This document shows, piece after piece, positions 41,987 through 54,096 of a stretch of DNA of 64,000 bases; the first letter of the stretch is position 1, and each line of letters opens with the position of its first letter. The stretch covers positions 224,001 to 288,000 of the forward strand of contig CAWFGO010000003.1 in the NCBI GenBank assembly GCA_963815455.1. Reading direction: 5' to 3'. The notes beneath the pieces are model-generated. The model did not search any database. It was given only the letters and a program-made list of their open reading frames with translations, and was not told the DNA's origin. The translations under genes were made by a program, and so were the position numbers. Source of the stretch: an uncultured Verrucomicrobiae bacterium. Lineage in GTDB: Bacteria > Verrucomicrobiota > Verrucomicrobiia > Chthoniobacterales > UBA10450.

Positions 41987-44900
41987 CCCACGGGCACCAC
42001 CGCCGATTTTTTCGGCGCGGCACGCCGTTGTTCGATCGCCATAAAAGTCGCCTCCGGCGTTGCTGGGGACGGCAATGAAACTTGTCCGCCCAGCTCACCG
42101 AATGCCGCAATGGCATCCCGAATCGCTTCCCGCACCGATATGGCAAGCATCAAGGGCGGTTCACCTACAGCTTTGCTTCCGTGAATCACATTCCGCTGCG
42201 CAGCCTCGGATAAAAATTCGACGTTAAACATTCTCGGGGTATCGCCAACTGCTGGGATCTTGTAGGTATCGGGTGAATGCGTGAGCAGTTTGCCCTGCTC
42301 GTCCCAAATTAGTTCCTCCGCAGTCAGCCAGCCCATTCCCTGAATGAACCCGCCTTCGACCTGGCCGCGCGCAACTCCGGCATTAATCACGTGTCCGGCG
42401 TCGTGCAAAATATCCACCCGCTCGACCTGCATCATCCCGCTGAACCCGTCCACTTCCACTTCCGAGACCGCGGCGCCGACGGCAAAATAATGAAACGGTT
42501 TCCCCTGCCCCGTGTCGCGATTGAAAAAAATATCGGGCGTTTTGTAATAACCGGTCGCGCTCAAACTGGTCCGCGCGAAATAAGCGCGCTGGACCAGCTC
42601 GGCGAACCCAAGCGTCACCTTGGGAAGATCGACATCGAAGAATTGATTGTCTGCGAAACTAATTCTGTTTTCCCTCGGTGCGCGCCCATTTTTTTCACCG
42701 AGCATTTCCATCGCGAAGGGCAACAGTCGCGTCCGTAATGTTTCACAGGCGTTCTTAACGGCCGCACCGTTGAGATCGGTGCCGCACGACGCTGCCGTGG
42801 CCGACGTATTTGGAATCTTGTCGGTTTGAGTCGGCATCACCCGCACGCGATCGGCCGAGAGCCCGAGTTCCTTGGCCGCGACTGCCGCAATGTTGGTATG
42901 CACCCCCTGCCCCATCTCCGTCCCGCCATGGTTCACTTGCGCCGTGCCATCCTGATACAGCAGAACCAGCGCACCCGCTTGATTTAAGTGTGTCGTGGTA
43001 AAGGAAATCCCAAATTTGACAGGCGTAATGGCCAGCCCGCGTTTGCGATGCGGATTCTCCGCGTTCCACTTCCTGAGCGCTTCGCGGCGCGATTCGAAAT
43101 CGCTCTTTTCCATCAATTCATGCCAGATGCGCTGCAGTCGATTGTCTTCAATCTCCTGTCCGTAATGGGTCGTGTTGGTTTCGCCCGTCCCGCGATACAA
43201 ATTCCGCGCCCGAACAATTTCGGGCGCAAGCCCAAGCTGCCGAGAAACACGATCGAGAATCTCCTCGATGGTGAGCATTCCCTGCGGTCCCCCGAATCCG
43301 CGAAACGCCGTGTTGGAAGCGAGATTGGTTTTCGTGACGAACCCTTTGAATTCGACGTTGGGTATGTAGTAACCGTTGTCGAGATGGAACACTGCGCGAT
43401 CGGTCACGGCCCGGGAGAGATCGAGCGTCCACCCGCCGTTGGAATAGATGTCGATCTTGGCAGCTTGTAGATAACCTTCCTGATCGTAACCGACGCGAAA
43501 CTTCGCCAGGAATGGATGCCGCTTGCCAGTGATCATCATGTCCTGGTCGCGGTTGAAGCGAACCCGCACCTTGCGTCCGGTTTTCGTCGCCGCCAGAGCA
43601 GCCAGGCTGGCGAGGATCGCGGCCTGCGTTTCTTTTCCGCCGAATCCTCCGCCCATTCGCGGACATTGCACCACCACGCTGTGCATCGGCAACGCGAGCA
43701 GGTGCGCCACGATGTGCTGCACTTCCGAGGGATGCTGCGTCGATGAACTGACAAAGATCGTCCCGTCCTCGCCCGCGCTCCGCCCAGGCTGCGTTGGTCT
43801 CAAGATAGAAATGGTCTTGACCGCCGATCGCGAATTCACCTTCCAGTCTGAATGGCGAGTCGTCGTATGCGCGCGCAAAATCGCCGCGCTCGGTGTGATT
43901 CGCTTCGGTGTGAAAGCTCTTTTGCGTCGATCGCCTCTTGAATTGTAAAAATCGGCGGCAATGCTTCGTAATCGACGGTCACTTTTTCTGCCGCCGCACG
44001 ACAGGCCTCCTGCGTTTCGCCCACGACCAGGGCCACGATCTGCCCGTGATAAAACACTTCCTTGTCCGCGAGCAGAATTTCATCGTGACGCACCGCACCG
44101 ACATCATTCAATCCGGGGACATCTTCGGCCAATAACACAGCAGAGATTCCCGGCATTGTTTTCGCGGCCGACGCATCGCGTCGCAGAATCCTGGCGTGCG
44201 CATGCGGCGAACAGACCAGCCAGACTTCAAGCATTTCCTGGCCAACGGTCGCGTCGTCCACATAAATGGCTTCGCCGGTGACATGTTTGTGTCCGCTCTC
44301 ATGCGGCGCGGGTCTCCCATTAACACCGGGCTTTAGCCCGGTGACTATCGCGTCACCAGGAGTCGAAACCGTTTCAACGGTTTTCTGCACACCTAAAGCC
44401 GTTGAAACGGCTAACGACTCGTTATTGCTATCTGTCACCGGACTAAAGCCCGCTGTTAAGTCGAAAAAGAATTTTTCGAACAGGCTGGTGACCAGACGGG
44501 CACGATATGATTTGCTTCCACGCACATCGGAGATCGGCGTGAATTCCCGCTCGAGCGTCGGCAGGATCGACATCAGCGTTTTCGAATTCCATGGCTTTCC
44601 AATGAGGGCCTTCTCAGTTTTAGGAGCGCGAACCGGTGTCGGAGCGACGCCGCCATAGGCGAATCGCGCATGCTTGACGACACTCTTGTCATCCAACTCG
44701 ACCGTGAAACATCCAGCCACCGTGCTGATATCCATCTCCCGGCGTTTGGTGACTTTGTAGAATTTCGTCCGGCGCTTCTCTCTCTTTCGAGGCACGATGA
44801 TCATTTTAAGCACTTCGCCGGGCTCAATGGCGGTTTTGCGGTAGGCCACAAAGAACTTCTCAATCGGCAAGGTTCGTTCACCCGCGGCCGAAGCCAGCAC

Positions 44901-45851
44901 AACCGCCGCGTCGAGCGCAAGCAGAACAGGCGCCGAATCGCCAATCGGCGATGCCGTCACCAGATTGCCACCCATGGTTGCGCGATTTCTGATTTGTCGC
45001 GAGCCGAATAAATACAGCATGTCCGCGATCGCCGGATATTCCGCGCCGAGTTTTTCCTGGATCGCAGTGAGCGTTGCCGCGCCGCCCACACGCCATTCTT
45101 TTTCCGTGCTGCTGATTTGCGTCAGCTCAGGAACCGCCTCCAGGGAAATGAAAATACCGAACTTTTGAAAACGCTTCGAAATGTCGAGACCCAGTTCGGT
45201 CGCGCCGGCAATCAATCGCGCCTTGGGGTGATCGGCCATGAATTTGAAGAGCTCGGCCATCGAAGTCGGCCTCAGAAATTTCTCGCCGTTGCTGCCGTAC
45301 TGCACCGACTTGAGATCGAGACGCCCACTCTTCAGCACAGCCTCAAACGGATCATTGTCGATCTTACAAGCGAACGCTTCGACCGCGGCGTCGTTGATCG
45401 GTCTGTATCCTGTGCACCGGCACAAATTTCCTGCGACTTGTTCGTCAAGTTGCGCGCGCGTGATCAAATTCTTCCGGTAATAGCCTTCAAAGAGCGACAT
45501 AATGAACCCGGGAGTGCAATAACCGCATTGCGACCCGTGATTTTCGACCATGGCCTGCTGCACCGGATGCAAGCTTTCTCCCCGGGCGACGCCTTCCACG
45601 GTCACGATGTCGCGGCCGGCCATTAACACCAGCGGGACCAAACAACTGTTGATGGCGCGATAACGACGCTCCCCGTTCGTATTAAGATCGACAATCGCCA
45701 CCGAACACGCGCCGCAATCACCCTCCGCGCATCCTTCCTTCGATCCGGTCAAGCCGCTGGCCCGTAACCAGTCGAGCAAAGTCGTGTTCGGCGAAATCGA
45801 ATCCAGACGGATGGAATTCCCGTTCAACCGAAACTCAATCGCGTCAGTCAT
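41983..45851 (-). CDS. xdhB: Xanthine dehydrogenase, fused 2Fe-2S/FAD (XdhA) and molybdopterin (XdhB) chain, frameshifted around 43780-43920
   Basis: GCAEGDCGAC, QCGYCTPG, NLCRCTGY, QIRNRAT in frame with HVTGEAIYVDD; then RMGGGFGGKE, AFRGFGGPQ, SKAVGEPP. Confidence 0.92.
44320..44459. repeat. 140-bp palindromic element translated within xdh
   Basis: TTAACACCGGGCTTTAGCCCGGTGA ... TCACCGGACTAAAGCCCGCTGTTAA with inner AACCGTTTCAACGGTT / AGCCGTTGAAACGGCT. Confidence 0.8.
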
Positions 45852-45870
45852 AACGTGATTCGCATGAAAT

Positions 45871-46011
45871 CTGGGGAGCACAGGCCGCTGGCCTGTAGTT
45901 CGCGGCAGCTTGCCGCGAAACCTTCTTCAAGCTGGTTCTCATTGTATGAGGGCCGAAGATGCATTCGGCAAGGCTGCCGAATGCTGCAGGCTAGCAGCCT
46001 GCGCTCCCCAG
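45871..46011. repeat. GGGAGCAC-type multi-hairpin REPIN, copy 1
   Basis: CTGGGGAGCACAGGC...GCCTGCGCTCCCCAG; copies at 58805 and 59814. Confidence 0.8.
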
Positions 46012-46035
46012 AAGAGACCCATTCGATCGCACGAT

Positions 46036-47403
46036 TCATTTCTTAGCTCTTCGCCCTTCGAGAATCTTGAAAAACGAACGCGAACGAATTCATCGAGGGT
46101 CAGGCCGGTGGCGAGCGCTTCCTCTTCGGTAATTGCGCCGCAGGCGATCCCGCGCAGGAAAAAATTGAGAAGTCCCTGCCCGGTCGCGGCGTCGTCGAAC
46201 ACGTCGCCGAAAAGAGAAGCCAGCGCCGCCTTTTCGACAAAGGTCTTCAGACGATTCGACGCCGGTTCCAGCCCTTCCATGAAGAAAGAATAGACCGCAG
46301 CATAACGAGTCACTAATTGCGCCGGATGAAGGTCCCATCCTTGATAGAACCCGGTTCGCAGTGAATGCAGATTATCGTTAAATCCCAGACGCCATGCTTG
46401 ATGCACCGCCGTCCGATTCTCTTCGATCTGCATTTTCGTTAGAGGCCGATTTGCCGTAGCCCGATGCGGTCCGACGGGCAAAATGTTCGTCGCGCCGTCA
46501 GAGAGATGAATGCCCGTCCCGGCCAGCGAGACCAGCATGACCTGCCGCGCGAAATCGCAAGCCGGATGTCCCATCGTTTGATAGGCCGCGGTGATGCTGC
46601 ACGATGCCGTGTAATCGTAAACGCCAAAGTGCACGCTGCCGCAACGACCTTCGGCAGCGGCGACCAATGACATCAGCGCCGATTCACCGCGCTCGTTAAG
46701 AATGGCCTGCGGAGTTTCGATCATCGGTTCAATTTTCAGCGAACCGGACGGCAACCCGTTTTTGTTTTCTAGAATTTCAAACAGGCGCGCCGCGGCCGTC
46801 ACGTGCGCCGGCAGCTGGACCTTCGGCACGGTGATCACAAAATTGTCCGGCAACTTTCCACCAGTTTCCTTCAGCAAGGTGGTCACGAAGATGTCGAGGG
46901 TGCGGATGCTTCGTGCCCGCAGATCTTCGTTCAACGGTTTGATGCGAATTCCAACGAACGGCGGCAAACTCCTGGCCGTAATCCCCCTCGCAACTTCGAG
47001 CGCGCTAGATACGGCATGGCCGTCCTCTTCCGCGTCGGCTCGGTTGCCATAACCGTCCTCGAAGTCGAGCCGAAAATCTTCCACCGGCTCGCGCCGAAGC
47101 TTTTCGACCACACGATCGTAAACTCGTTGCGCCAATTGCTGGTCGCCGGTCATTCCAACAGCCTGAGCCAGGGTTGCGGCGTCGGGCGCATATTCCTCCA
47201 GCGAACGCAACGCGACTGCGCCCAGTTTTTCGGCAGAATCGGTTTTGAAAAGATGCGCGCCGCCATAAACCGTATGCACTGCCTGCCGCCGATTCGATTC
47301 GCCGGGGTAACGCTGCATGAAATCTTTGTTCGCCTTACTGAGAGCAGCAACGATTTCCTGAACCTTGTCTGGGTCGAAGCGTCGTATGGAACTTTGGAGT
47401 CAC
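46036..47403 (-). CDS. HpcH/HpaI aldolase / citrate-lyase-beta-like protein (DUF6986-like), frameshifts near both ends
   Basis: VHTVYGGA, DFRLDFEDGYG, VPKV, MIETP, HFGVYDY, SDGATN, YQGWDLHPAQ. Confidence 0.8.
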
Positions 47404-48700
47404 GTGGTAGGCCGAATAAATTTTCCTGAAGGCAAACCGGTGATTTTACCACGGGCAAACACGGTTTGTCCGCGCAAAACTGTGCGCACGATCCGGCCCC
47501 GCAGACGACGGCCGACATAGGGACTGTGCTGATGCCGATAGAGCAGCGATTTGGCGGTGACGACTTCTTCGGCTGCAGGATCGACAATGGTAATATCGGC
47601 ATCTTGGCCGATTGCGATTTCGCCTTTTTCCGCCAAACGAAACCGTTTCGCAACTTGCCGGCTGGTTAGATCGACAATCCGTTTCAAGGGAACATCTCTG
47701 TCGAGCAATATTGTTAGCAAATGCTGACAACCTGAAATTCCGCCCCACACCTCAAAGAAATTCCGTCGATCCTTCATCGCCCACGGTGACGGCGAGTGAT
47801 CGGAGCCGATTGTCGTCACCTGATCGAGCCGATTGCACAGATCGCGATGTTCAAGGAAATCGCGAAAAGGAGGCGCACACTTTGCCCCGGCCCCGATTTT
47901 TTTCATGTCGGCCGCCTGAAACATCAAGTAGTGGGGACAGGTCTCACAGGTCACGTCCACACCTTCTCTCGCGCGCCGAGAACGAGCCCGACGCCTCGAC
48001 CACAACTGACATGCACGATGTGCAGGCGGCAGCCTGTTTCTTCCGCGAGATCGATCGACTTGCGAATGGCATCCAGCTCCGCTTCGACCGAGCGGGATTC
48101 GAGATAATCAGCAATCTTGGTTTTTTTCGCCGCGATCTTTTCTCTGGTCAGGCGACTTACCATCTCCTGCGATTCCGCATGCACGGCGACCAGAAGATCG
48201 AGATCGGCCGCGCGTTTCATCCCCTCGCGCAGGATCGACATCGTCACACTAGGAAAATCATCGATGCCGCTGTCACACATGAATGCCTTTAAACCGACAA
48301 CGCCTCGATCGTGGAGCGTAGAGAGATCCTTGAGATTATCAGAGACAAGACCACCCCACAGCCCGAAATCGACAAACGATTTCTTTTCTGCAGCCGACCT
48401 TTTTAAATCGAAGCTGGCACCATCAAGAGTCGGCGGATGGGCATTAAGCGGCATGTCGAAAACGGTCGTGGTGCCTCCAGCAGCAGCGGCCTGCGAACCG
48501 GTTTCAAATCCTTCCCATTCGGTGCGGCCGGGCTCATTGAAATGAACGTGTGAATCGATCACGCCGGGAAGGATCGACAAGTTTGTCGCGTCGATTTCTT
48601 CTCGAGAGGTTCCGGCCAGATTTTTGCCAATCGCCGCGAATTTGCCCTCCACGATGCCCAGATCACGTTCGGCGCGGACAATCAAGTCGAAGTCAGCCAT
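47400..48700 (-). CDS. allB: Allantoinase, frameshift near 47960
   Basis: DSHVHFNEPGRTEWEG, DMPLN, HAES, HIVHVS, ETCPHYL, KCAPP, SDHSP. Confidence 0.93.
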
Positions 48701-48706
48701 GAGGAG

Positions 48707-48818
48707 AATGACGAAATCCGAATGACGAATTACGAATTAAATCCAAATGACAAAGTCCGAAATTCGTCATTCGTGCTGTCGGCATTCCTTTTTCATTCGT
48801 CATTCGTGCTTCGACATT
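48707..48818. repeat. Inverted heptamer-array element (AATGACG type) overlapping the alc 3' end
   Basis: AATGACGAA units versus TTCGTCATT units. Confidence 0.65.
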
Positions 48819-49837
48819 TTCCCCGGCATTCCCCACATGCGCAATCGGCTCACGCCGCCATCGGGGTAAATATTCAACCGGATGTGGCTGCACTTGCCGA
48901 TCGCGCAAAGCTCCTTTTCGAAGAAATGCCTCGTGTCGGCGCTCAATTTTGTTTTGGGAAGGATCTCACTCCAGCGAGTATTTGGTTTGGTGAGTTCGTC
49001 GGTCGATACGTCTGACTCTGCGGCGCATCCCTCGATCGAGCACATATCAGGGTAGTTCCCTTTAAAGTGATTGGTGTCGACTTCGATTTTCTTGATCGAG
49101 CCGGTTCGCCCCAGCTTCACCACAATCCAGTCGTGACCGGGACCGCGCCGGCGTTTTGTTTCCCACCCGTCCCCCATGTTCTCCGCGCGACCTGGCATGA
49201 TGAGATTGTTCATTGAGCTGAAAAACATATCGCTACAAGCCAGTGCAACTCCCCCATTCTCGATGGCGGCAAGATCGACAAGTTCTCCGTCCTTAACCTT
49301 GCTCCAATCAGGAACGACGATCCCGTAAACGCGGAGCCGCGCAACCCCGCCATCCGGGAAAATATTCAGGCGCACATGCGCCCACGTCTTGTCGGTCGTA
49401 ATGCCAAACAGATTCTGGGACCCGGGGTTCAATGGAGATTTCTCCAACACTGGAACCCAGGAAAGCTTTTCCACGCCGGCAATGCTGCCAGGAAATCCAT
49501 TCCCCAGGTCGATGGCATCCAGCGACGCGAACGAAGGATGATTTCCGAGAAAGTGGTTCGTATCGATGTCGATCTGCCTTATGACGCCGCGCAATCCTAA
49601 TTGAATGACGCACCAGTCATTCCCAGGAGTGCGGCGCCGGCGTGTTTCCCATCCGTCCATCCATTTACCGCGTTCGGTATACTTATCCGGAATGAAGATT
49701 CCACGGCCGGGCTTGAGAAGATTCTCTTTCTCCGCAAAAAACTCGTCGTTCGCTATTACCGCGACGCCACCGACGCGTTCGGAGGCAAGGTCGATAAGGC
49801 CAGCGGGCGCGGGCGACGTTGAATCAGCGGCATTCAT
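48800..49837 (-). CDS. alc: Allantoicase
   Basis: Two repeats of DGWET(R/K)RRR, DTNHF.GN, NI(F/Y)PDGGV.RLR. Confidence 0.96.
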   Translation of the reverse strand: MNAADSTSPAPAGLIDLASERVGGVAVIANDEFFAEKENLLKPGRGIFIPDKYTERGKWMDGWETRRRRTPGNDWCVIQLGLRGVIRQIDIDTNHFLGNHPSFASLDAIDLGNGFPGSIAGVEKLSWVPVLEKSPLNPGSQNLFGITTDKTWAHVRLNIFPDGGVARLRVYGIVVPDWSKVKDGELVDLAAIENGGVALACSDMFFSSMNNLIMPGRAENMGDGWETKRRRGPGHDWIVVKLGRTGSIKKIEVDTNHFKGNYPDMCSIEGCAAESDVSTDELTKPNTRWSEILPKTKLSADTRHFFEKELCAIGKCSHIRLNIYPDGGVSRLRMWGMPGKMSKHE

Positions 49838-49850
49838 CTGCCTTGTCTTC

Positions 49851-49939
49851 TGTCATGTTGAGCGGAGCGAAACATCTCGGCAACTGGTTTGACATAGACT
49901 GTTCGCCAAGAGAGATCCTTCGCTTGGCTCAGGATGACA
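49851..49939. repeat. GTCAT-type palindrome, copy 6
   Basis: TGTCATGTTGAGCG...CTCAGGATGACA. Confidence 0.75.
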
Positions 49940-49986
49940 ACCGATAGTGCTGCGATGTAACCATTAATCGGGCAATTTACAAATCT

Positions 49987-50319
49987 TCAGCTGCCACGAT
50001 AGGTGCTGTAAGACCATGGCGAGACCAGCAATGGCACATGATATTTCGCCGCCGGATCGGAAATGATGAAACGAACCGGCACTTGATCGAGAAACTTTCG
50101 CTCTCCAAAATAATCGCCGACGAAAAAGACCAGCTCGTAAGCTCCCGCAACCATCTCGGCGTCGCTGAGCATTGGCGCGTCGGTGCGGCCGTCGGCATTG
50201 GTGCGGGCCATCTTAACGAGCTTGCGCGCGTCGCCAGCGACCGACCATAGTTCGATTTGCATTCCGGCAGCCGGGCATCCGCGCATTGTGTCCAGAACGT
50301 GAGTGGTCAGCGTGCTCAT
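49987..50319 (-). CDS. uraH: 5-hydroxyisourate hydrolase
   Basis: LTTHVLD, YHVPLL, STYRGS. Confidence 0.97.
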   Translation of the reverse strand: MSTLTTHVLDTMRGCPAAGMQIELWSVAGDARKLVKMARTNADGRTDAPMLSDAEMVAGAYELVFFVGDYFGERKFLDQVPVRFIISDPAAKYHVPLLVSPWSYSTYRGS

Positions 50320-50810
50320 TCGACGATTTCCTGCAAGCGTAATTCGGCAATCTTAAAAATTTCGTTCAATGCCGTCTCCTTTTCTTGTTCGACAGAATTT
50401 TTCAAACGATCTGAAAAGGCGGCGAGAATCGCTTCCTTCTTGTTAAGCCGCGCGCAAACAACGAACGGGAATCCGAATTTGTTTCGATATTGGCGATTAT
50501 GGTCTTCGAACGTGGCGAATTCTTCTTCGGATAATCCATCGAGTCCGGCGCTTTCTTGCTCGCCATGCGATGCTTTAGTGAGCACCGCGCGTCCGGCTAA
50601 ATCGGGATGCGCGCGAATCAGTCCCAGTTTGGCCGGCTCATCAGCGGTGGCTACGGTTCGACAGAGGGCCCCATGCAACTGCTCTCTGCTTTCAAACGGC
50701 CGCTGCGCCCACGTCTTCTCGGCAATCCAGGCGGAATGCTCAAAAACAGGTCCGATCACCTGTGTGAATTCCTCTCGATCCAGCTCATTCAATTCCCGGA
50801 GATTTAGCAT
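50316..50810 (-). CDS. uraD: OHCU decarboxylase
   Basis: FEHS, HPDL, EQ..AGL, KFGFPF, IAELRL. Confidence 0.95.
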   Translation of the reverse strand: MLNLRELNELDREEFTQVIGPVFEHSAWIAEKTWAQRPFESREQLHGALCRTVATADEPAKLGLIRAHPDLAGRAVLTKASHGEQESAGLDGLSEEEFATFEDHNRQYRNKFGFPFVVCARLNKKEAILAAFSDRLKNSVEQEKETALNEIFKIAELRLQEIVE

Positions 50811-50850
50811 CGCCTAATCGTCTTAAGTCAATTACTCATATTGTTCAATT

Positions 50851-51687
50851 ATGAGGCTCCAGAGCCATCGATACGGGAAAGCGCGGGTCCGCATAGCCAA
50901 GGTTTTGCGCAGCGACAAAACGCACACGATCAAGGAGATCAACGCGGCAGCGATTCTGGAGGGCGACTTTGGCTCATCCTACACCGCGGGCGATAACACG
51001 AAGGTTGTCCCGACTGATACGATTAAAAATACGATCAATGTTCTCGCCAAGGACCAGCTCGGCGAAGAGATCGAACCGTTCGCCGTTGCCCTGGGCGAGC
51101 ATTTCCTAAAGCGCTACCAACAGGTGCGCGCAGCCAGGATCGACATCGACGAACGCGATTGGCGGCGAATGGAGATCGACGGAAAACCGCACCCGCATTC
51201 GTTTATCGCCGGCAGTGATGCAAAACGATTTACCCGCGTCGTCTGCACTCGCGATTTACAGACTATCGAGTCCGGCATTCGCAATTTGGTGATTCTAAAA
51301 TCAACCGGATCGGGCTTTGAGAATTATCCGAAAGACGAATTCACCACGCTGCCGGAAACCGCGGACCGGATTCTCGCGACATCGTTCAGCGCTACCTGGG
51401 CCTACGCAGGGAAACCGACGAGCTATCGTGACCGCAACGAGAAGATTCTTTCGGCCATGGTGAAAGTTTTCGCGAACAATTATAGTCCATCCGCGCAGGC
51501 GACATTGTTTGAGATGGGCACCGCGGCGCTCGAGACTTGTCCCGAGATTTCGCGCATTGAATTGGCCATGCCAAACAAACATTACTTACTGATCAATCTC
51601 TCCCCCTTCGGTCGCGAGAACAAAAACGAGGTGTTTACGCCAACGGATGAACCGCACGGCCAGATCGAAGCGATCATCACAAGATGA
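50851..51687 (+). CDS. pucL: Urate oxidase (factor-independent)
   Basis: YGK, VPTDTIKNT, LKSTGSGF, TTLPE..DRIL, SAQ, MPNKH. Confidence 0.96.
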   Translation: MRLQSHRYGKARVRIAKVLRSDKTHTIKEINAAAILEGDFGSSYTAGDNTKVVPTDTIKNTINVLAKDQLGEEIEPFAVALGEHFLKRYQQVRAARIDIDERDWRRMEIDGKPHPHSFIAGSDAKRFTRVVCTRDLQTIESGIRNLVILKSTGSGFENYPKDEFTTLPETADRILATSFSATWAYAGKPTSYRDRNEKILSAMVKVFANNYSPSAQATLFEMGTAALETCPEISRIELAMPNKHYLLINLSPFGRENKNEVFTPTDEPHGQIEAIITR

Positions 51688-51782
51688 AGCACCGAATCCC
51701 AAGCACCAAGCATCAGGGAAATCCCAAATTCCAATATTCAATCGAGCGACCGTGTAATCTTGGAGCTTGGGTATTGGAGCTT
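51687..51782. repeat. Inverted heptamer-like array (AAGCACC / TTGGAGC type)
   Basis: AAGCACC..AAGCACCAAGC ... TTGGAGCTTGGGTATTGGAGCTT. Confidence 0.55.
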
Positions 51783-51790
51783 TCGCGGCG

Positions 51791-52591
51791 ATGAATGATC
51801 ACCTGCTTGAAGAATTATTACGGGCTCGCCAAACCCGAACCCTTTGCGCGCTCGCCACCGTCGCCGCGACCACCGGTTCCGTCCCGCGGCAGACCGGATC
51901 AAAAATGCTTGTTTATGGCGACGGGAAGATTTCCGGCACCGTCGGGGGAGGAAAATTCGAGGCGCTCGTAGTCAAAGATTGTCTAAAGAGCATCGCGCAG
52001 AAAGAGCCAGTGCTGAAATCATATCCATTGCGCGAAGACAGGCCCGACTCGTTTGGAGCCATCTGCGGCGGCGAGGTCACTGTCATGATCGAGCCTCAAA
52101 ATCTGAGCACGGCGATTTTTCTGGTGGGCAGCGGACATTGCTCGCTGGCGGTGGCCAAACTCGCTCTCGATTGCGGGATGCATGTCACGGTGATTGACGA
52201 TCGGGCTGATCTCCTGGAAAATTTTCCGCCGCTGGCTCATCGCGTTACAACCGATGCTGCCAAATTCATCTCGAAGAGGAAATGGCATAAAGATGAGGCC
52301 TTGGTCCTCATCAGCCGCAATTACGAACTGGACAGAGACGCGCTGGGCGCCGCTCTCAAAACAAAAGGCGCCGGGTATATCGGGATGATCGGCAGCCGCC
52401 GCAAGGTACTGCGCGTTTTTGATGAACTAAGGAAAGAAGGCGTTAGTCCAAGGCGTCTCAAGGAAATCTACGCGCCGATCGGACTCGACATCGGCGCGGA
52501 TTCGCCTGCGGAGATTGCCGTGAGCGTCATCGCCGAAATTCTCAAAGTGCAACGCAAGCGAAAAGGCGATCACATGAGACTGACGTTGTAG
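51791..52591 (+). CDS. xdhC: XdhC/CoxI molybdoenzyme maturation factor
   Basis: GSVPR, GTVGGG, ICGG, YIGMIGS, PIGLDIGA..P.EIAVS. Confidence 0.93.
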   Translation: MNDHLLEELLRARQTRTLCALATVAATTGSVPRQTGSKMLVYGDGKISGTVGGGKFEALVVKDCLKSIAQKEPVLKSYPLREDRPDSFGAICGGEVTVMIEPQNLSTAIFLVGSGHCSLAVAKLALDCGMHVTVIDDRADLLENFPPLAHRVTTDAAKFISKRKWHKDEALVLISRNYELDRDALGAALKTKGAGYIGMIGSRRKVLRVFDELRKEGVSPRRLKEIYAPIGLDIGADSPAEIAVSVIAEILKVQRKRKGDHMRLTL

Positions 52592-52639
52592 CCGGGGTCG
52601 GTGACCCCGGCCGGACCGGCATCAGCGATGCCGGCTACA
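52587..52639. repeat. GTAG-type REP doublet supplying the stop codons of both convergent genes
   Basis: TGTAGCCGGGGTCGGTGACCCCGGC / CCGGCATCAGCGATGCCGGCTACA. Confidence 0.75.
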
Positions 52640-53975
52640 GCTCGCCAAACGCGCGGTCCAGAACCTCGAGGAGAAAATCGGCGTCCTGTTCGTTAACGCA
52701 CATCGGCGGCGAAAAACGGATGGTTTGTCCCCATAGGCCACCCTTGCCCAGAAGCAGGCCCATCTCCTTGCAGTTTTCCAAAACCTGCGCGCATTCCTCC
52801 TTGGCCGGTTCCTTTGATTGTCGATCCTTGACCAGCTCGATGCCGAGCATGAGGCCTTTGCCGCGGACGTCGCCGATGAGATTGTGTTTTGCCTTCAGCT
52901 TGTTCAGGCCGGCCAGAAGTCGATTACCGATCTTAAGCGAGTTAGCCTGGAGTTTTTCGCGATCGATCACTTCCAGAACAGCTTTCCCCTGCGCGGACAC
53001 GACCGGATTGCCGCCGAACGTATTGAAATGGATGCGTTGCGCGAGCGCCGCCGCAATCTTCGGTGTAGTCACGACCGCGCCTAACGGACAACCATTGCCG
53101 ATCCCTTTCGCCATGGTCACAATGTCCGGAATCACATCCTGGGTTTCGAATCCCCAGTAATGCGTGCCGGTGCGGCCGAAGCCGGCCTGGACTTCGTCGG
53201 CGATGCACAAGCCACCCGCGCCCCGCACATGCTCGTAGACGTGCTTGAGATAACCGTCCGGAAACACGACGCAGCCACCGACGCCTTGGATTGACTCGGC
53301 AATAAACGCCGCGACCTGACCAGAGGTGGCGAAATCGAGAACATCCTTCACGTCTTTGGCGTATTTCTTCCCGGCCTCGGGATCGTCTCGGCCCCAGGCG
53401 CCGCGATACGGATCAGCGGCGATGGCGTGATGAACGCCGAAACTGTGCGGCACGTTAAACTTCCAGGTGCGATGCGCGGTCAGGCCCATCGTGGCCGCGT
53501 TGCCCCCATGATAGGCATTTCGCAACGCGATGACATCGTAGTTGCCGGTGTAGGCGCGCGCCATCAGCAATGCCAGATCGTTTGCCTCCGAACCCGAATT
53601 AACGAAATAGCAGACCTTCAAATCGCCGGGCATTTTCTCCGCCAGCGCCTGGGCATACTCGGCAACATTCGGATGCAGATAGATCGTGGTGGAATGCTGC
53701 AGCGTTTCGTTTTGCTTGTTTGCAGCAGCGGCAACATGGGGATGACAATGGCCGACGCTTACCGTCACGATTCCGCCAAGCGCATCCAGGTAGCGGCGGC
53801 CTTTCTCGTCCCAGAGGTACTGCATCTTTCCCTCCACGAACATGATCGGCTTCTTGTAATAGAGAAAAATTCCCGGATTCAGGAATTCCTTACGCAACCG
53901 CAACACCTCGTCGGCCGACGGGCCGGTATACTTCTGCGGTTGATGGTCGAACGGTGGAAGGTCAGGTGTTTTCAT
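52635..53975 (-). CDS. Class III aminotransferase (AGXT2/PYD4-like; beta-alanine or alanine-glyoxylate)
   Basis: [50 protein letters not shown]. Confidence 0.9.
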   Translation of the reverse strand: MKTPDLPPFDHQPQKYTGPSADEVLRLRKEFLNPGIFLYYKKPIMFVEGKMQYLWDEKGRRYLDALGGIVTVSVGHCHPHVAAAANKQNETLQHSTTIYLHPNVAEYAQALAEKMPGDLKVCYFVNSGSEANDLALLMARAYTGNYDVIALRNAYHGGNAATMGLTAHRTWKFNVPHSFGVHHAIAADPYRGAWGRDDPEAGKKYAKDVKDVLDFATSGQVAAFIAESIQGVGGCVVFPDGYLKHVYEHVRGAGGLCIADEVQAGFGRTGTHYWGFETQDVIPDIVTMAKGIGNGCPLGAVVTTPKIAAALAQRIHFNTFGGNPVVSAQGKAVLEVIDREKLQANSLKIGNRLLAGLNKLKAKHNLIGDVRGKGLMLGIELVKDRQSKEPAKEECAQVLENCKEMGLLLGKGGLWGQTIRFSPPMCVNEQDADFLLEVLDRAFGEL

Positions 53976-53983
53976 TTCTTTGT

Positions 53984-54096
53984 TGTCATCCCGGCGAAAA
54001 TGCCAGTCCGGCTCGGACCGAGGGATCCCGTTGCGAAACCGGTCAGCTAGCTTTCACGGGATCCTTCAACTCCGCTTCGCTTCGCTCAGGATGACA
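53984..54096. repeat. GTCAT-type palindrome, copy 7, carrying the 20-mer element
   Basis: Insert at 54001-54020; right arm provides the NCS1 C-terminus (DVILSEAKRS). Confidence 0.8.
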
